From: Octopus bimaculoides
Taxonomy: Eukaryota
DNA length: 64,000 nucleotides
Assembly (NCBI RefSeq): GCF_001194135.2
Contig: NC_068984.1
Span: 86,967,323-87,031,322 of the forward strand
Reading direction: 5' to 3'
Shown: positions 62,223 to 64,000 of the stretch, in pieces
How the letters are laid out: the number at the start of each line of letters is the position of its first letter
Position numbering within the stretch: position 1 is the first letter of the stretch
The notes under the pieces: generated by a model
What the model was told of the DNA's origin: nothing
The model's database searches: none
The model's input: the letters and a program-made list of their open reading frames with translations, nothing else
Program-made: the position numbers and the translations under genes

Positions 62223-62579
62223 CTGAAAATAAAAAAAATTTTAATTAAGCAAATCTTTCAAGAAACCGTGTTATTAACTATTTAAAAACATATTAAGAAA
62301 GAATTTAATCTGAAAATTTAATAGTATGCATTCAATGAGATTACATACTTTTAAAAAGAAGTTAATTACTGCAGGTGTGTTAATGATTGAAGAAAAAGTG
62401 CAAACGAAACAGATAAACTAAAAGATCTTTCCTGATAAAGAATACAGAACCAACATCAAACTGTTGGTGACATGTACACTGATAACTCAATATGTAGAAG
62501 TGAGTGTGTATATATATTGTATAGTGTACCTACACTTTGACATGGATCAGTACCAAAAAAAAACTTAACTGAAAGCAAT

Positions 62580-62945
62580 ATAGAGCTTCATTTATTTTGG
62601 CAGTGTCATAGCCAACAACCCTATGATCTACAAAAACGTCAATAACCATGAGTTCAAAATGAATAACTCCTTTGGTTACCTTTCCAAGTGGGTTTGCAAA
62701 AGTCAGTCACTTTAGATCTCAACTGAAATTTAAGTCTATAAGGCAATGGTTACTCTGGTGCAGATCAGAAGCAGGAAGATTATATAAGGTGGCATGAGTG
62801 TTTTTGGCAGAGCTGTCTACAAATTGCCTTGAAAGTTTTCTGGTATTAACACACAACAAATAATGCAGTCTTGTTCAAAAGATGGTGTCTTCAGAGAAGA
62901 AAGTAGGTCACACAAACATTAGTTATAGCCAAGCCACATATTACA
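62580..62945 (+). mobile_element. Degraded RTE RT C-terminal fragment in the methyltransferase intron
   Basis: FIYFGSVIANNPMIYKNVNNH...SFGYLSKWV... parallels the RTE FTYLGS...VNxRIAKASxAFGRL segment. Confidence 0.6.
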
Positions 62946-63481
62946 TCCAAGTAACTTTACATTAGAACTTAGCATATTTTTTTTTGCTGCTTTTGCAGAT
63001 TCTCATGACTCTCTGTTGCCATCCAATTCCACTATTATGAATTTGAATTGGGAACTTGAGTCATGGTGAATCTTTCATCAGCTGATTACACAACCATGGA
63101 TGCCACCCACAATGGATGCATTGTAGTTACTCTTTTGATAGAACTTGGTAATTCTGATCATTGATCTTCTAGGATTCCTCTACTCAGCATCAATATAAGA
63201 AGCACCACTAGTTTAGTTGAGCTCTTCAACTGCCGTGCTGCAGTCCCATGACTTTGCTTTATCCCTGATGGCTGAACAGGTGTTATGCCTTGCCAAAGGG
63301 CAGCCTTGTAACTATGCAGGGCATGGTCATTACTCTGTGAGGTATTTTCAAAATATCTGCATACCAGTACTTAACTTATAAAAAAAAAAATTATATCATG
63401 GTAAGTTTGTGATAGTCTATCCAACTTATGAACAATGTACAAAATTTAAAGTGCTGAAAATTTTAAAATTTGGTAACATAC

Positions 63482-63774
63482 CTAGAGTTGTGCATAGCAT
63501 AATCTGGCACGTTGAATTCTTTACATGCTGAATGGTTATAATAATTTTTCGGATGCAAATTTCAGTGAAATGTGGTGTATCAGCTACCACTATATCAAAG
63601 CTCCCTTGAAATTTTTCGTCCATTTCTTTTGGTCGGTTGAAGTCATAGAATATATAATTAGACCCCAACACCTGGCATTTAGCTTCATCAACATCAAAAA
63701 GGAATACTTCAGAATTTTTAGGAGGTTCCTTAAGAAGCCTTCGGAAAATAGTAGGACAGCAGAGACAGCAAACT
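63482..63774 (-). CDS. EEF1AKMT1: EEF1AKMT1/N6AMT2-like methyltransferase internal exon
   Basis: tttcag|A GTT...CTA G|gtatg, 293 nt. Encodes (R)VCCLCCPTIFRRL...VFLFDVD...YIFYDFNRP...FQGSFDIVVADTPHFTEICIRK...IMLCTTL, aligning with recalled EEF1AKMT1 RIACVSAPS/FEYD/FYDYNNP/SFDIVIADPPY/LLCTG. Confidence 0.88.
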
Positions 63775-64000
63775 CTGAAACAAATTACACACATGTATGT
63801 AAATAACAAACAGATTTTAATACAAATCTCTTATTTTTATGAGAGACAACTGGATTACAGCTGCAGAACTGTAATCCTCCATGTACAAAACATAATTCAG
63901 AAAAAAAATTTGTAAAATATTAAAAAAATTAAATACTTAGAGCTATGGAGGAAAAGGAACTTAGGAAAATGAATGAAATTTTATTCAGATTCACAATATT

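Noticed and set aside
63525-63806. 93 aa plus-strand ORF
   Set aside because: It is the antisense shadow of the methyltransferase exon, with no recognisable motifs.

Overview
AT-rich, microsatellite- and retroposon-rich metazoan genomic DNA. The repeat families look like those of octopus (cephalopod origin is an inference). There are six N-gaps. Three spliced protein-coding genes were reconstructed by hand with GT-AG junctions and consistent phases. (1) The last five coding exons of STK40, a Tribbles-related pseudokinase, on + (405-8086; 5' exons lie outside the window). (2) A complete 16-exon NT5DC2/NT5DC3-type HAD 5'-nucleotidase on - (52429-13040, 523 aa), with a predicted mitochondrial presequence. 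(3) The last two coding exons of a divergent EEF1AKMT1/N6AMT2-like lysine methyltransferase on - (63774-62077), whose DPP(Y/F) motif reads DTPH. Introns and intergenic DNA carry: RTE-type LINE fragments, one with a stop-free YADD core followed by a PHD-type C4HC3 finger; an R4/Dong-type restriction-like-endonuclease retrotransposon flanked by (TAG)n; a CpG-rich solo LTR inside (TA)n; several tRNA-derived SINE families; piggyBac-like and hAT-like MITEs; fold-back elements; and inverted repeat pairs that could form dsRNA. Most entries in the supplied ORF track are artefacts of gaps, microsatellites or repeats. No CRISPR array, rRNA or intact tRNA gene was found. No clearly new multi-gene system is evident. 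The best leads are the PHD-in-RT element, the DTPH methyltransferase, the RLE element, the solo LTR and the dsRNA-forming repeats.
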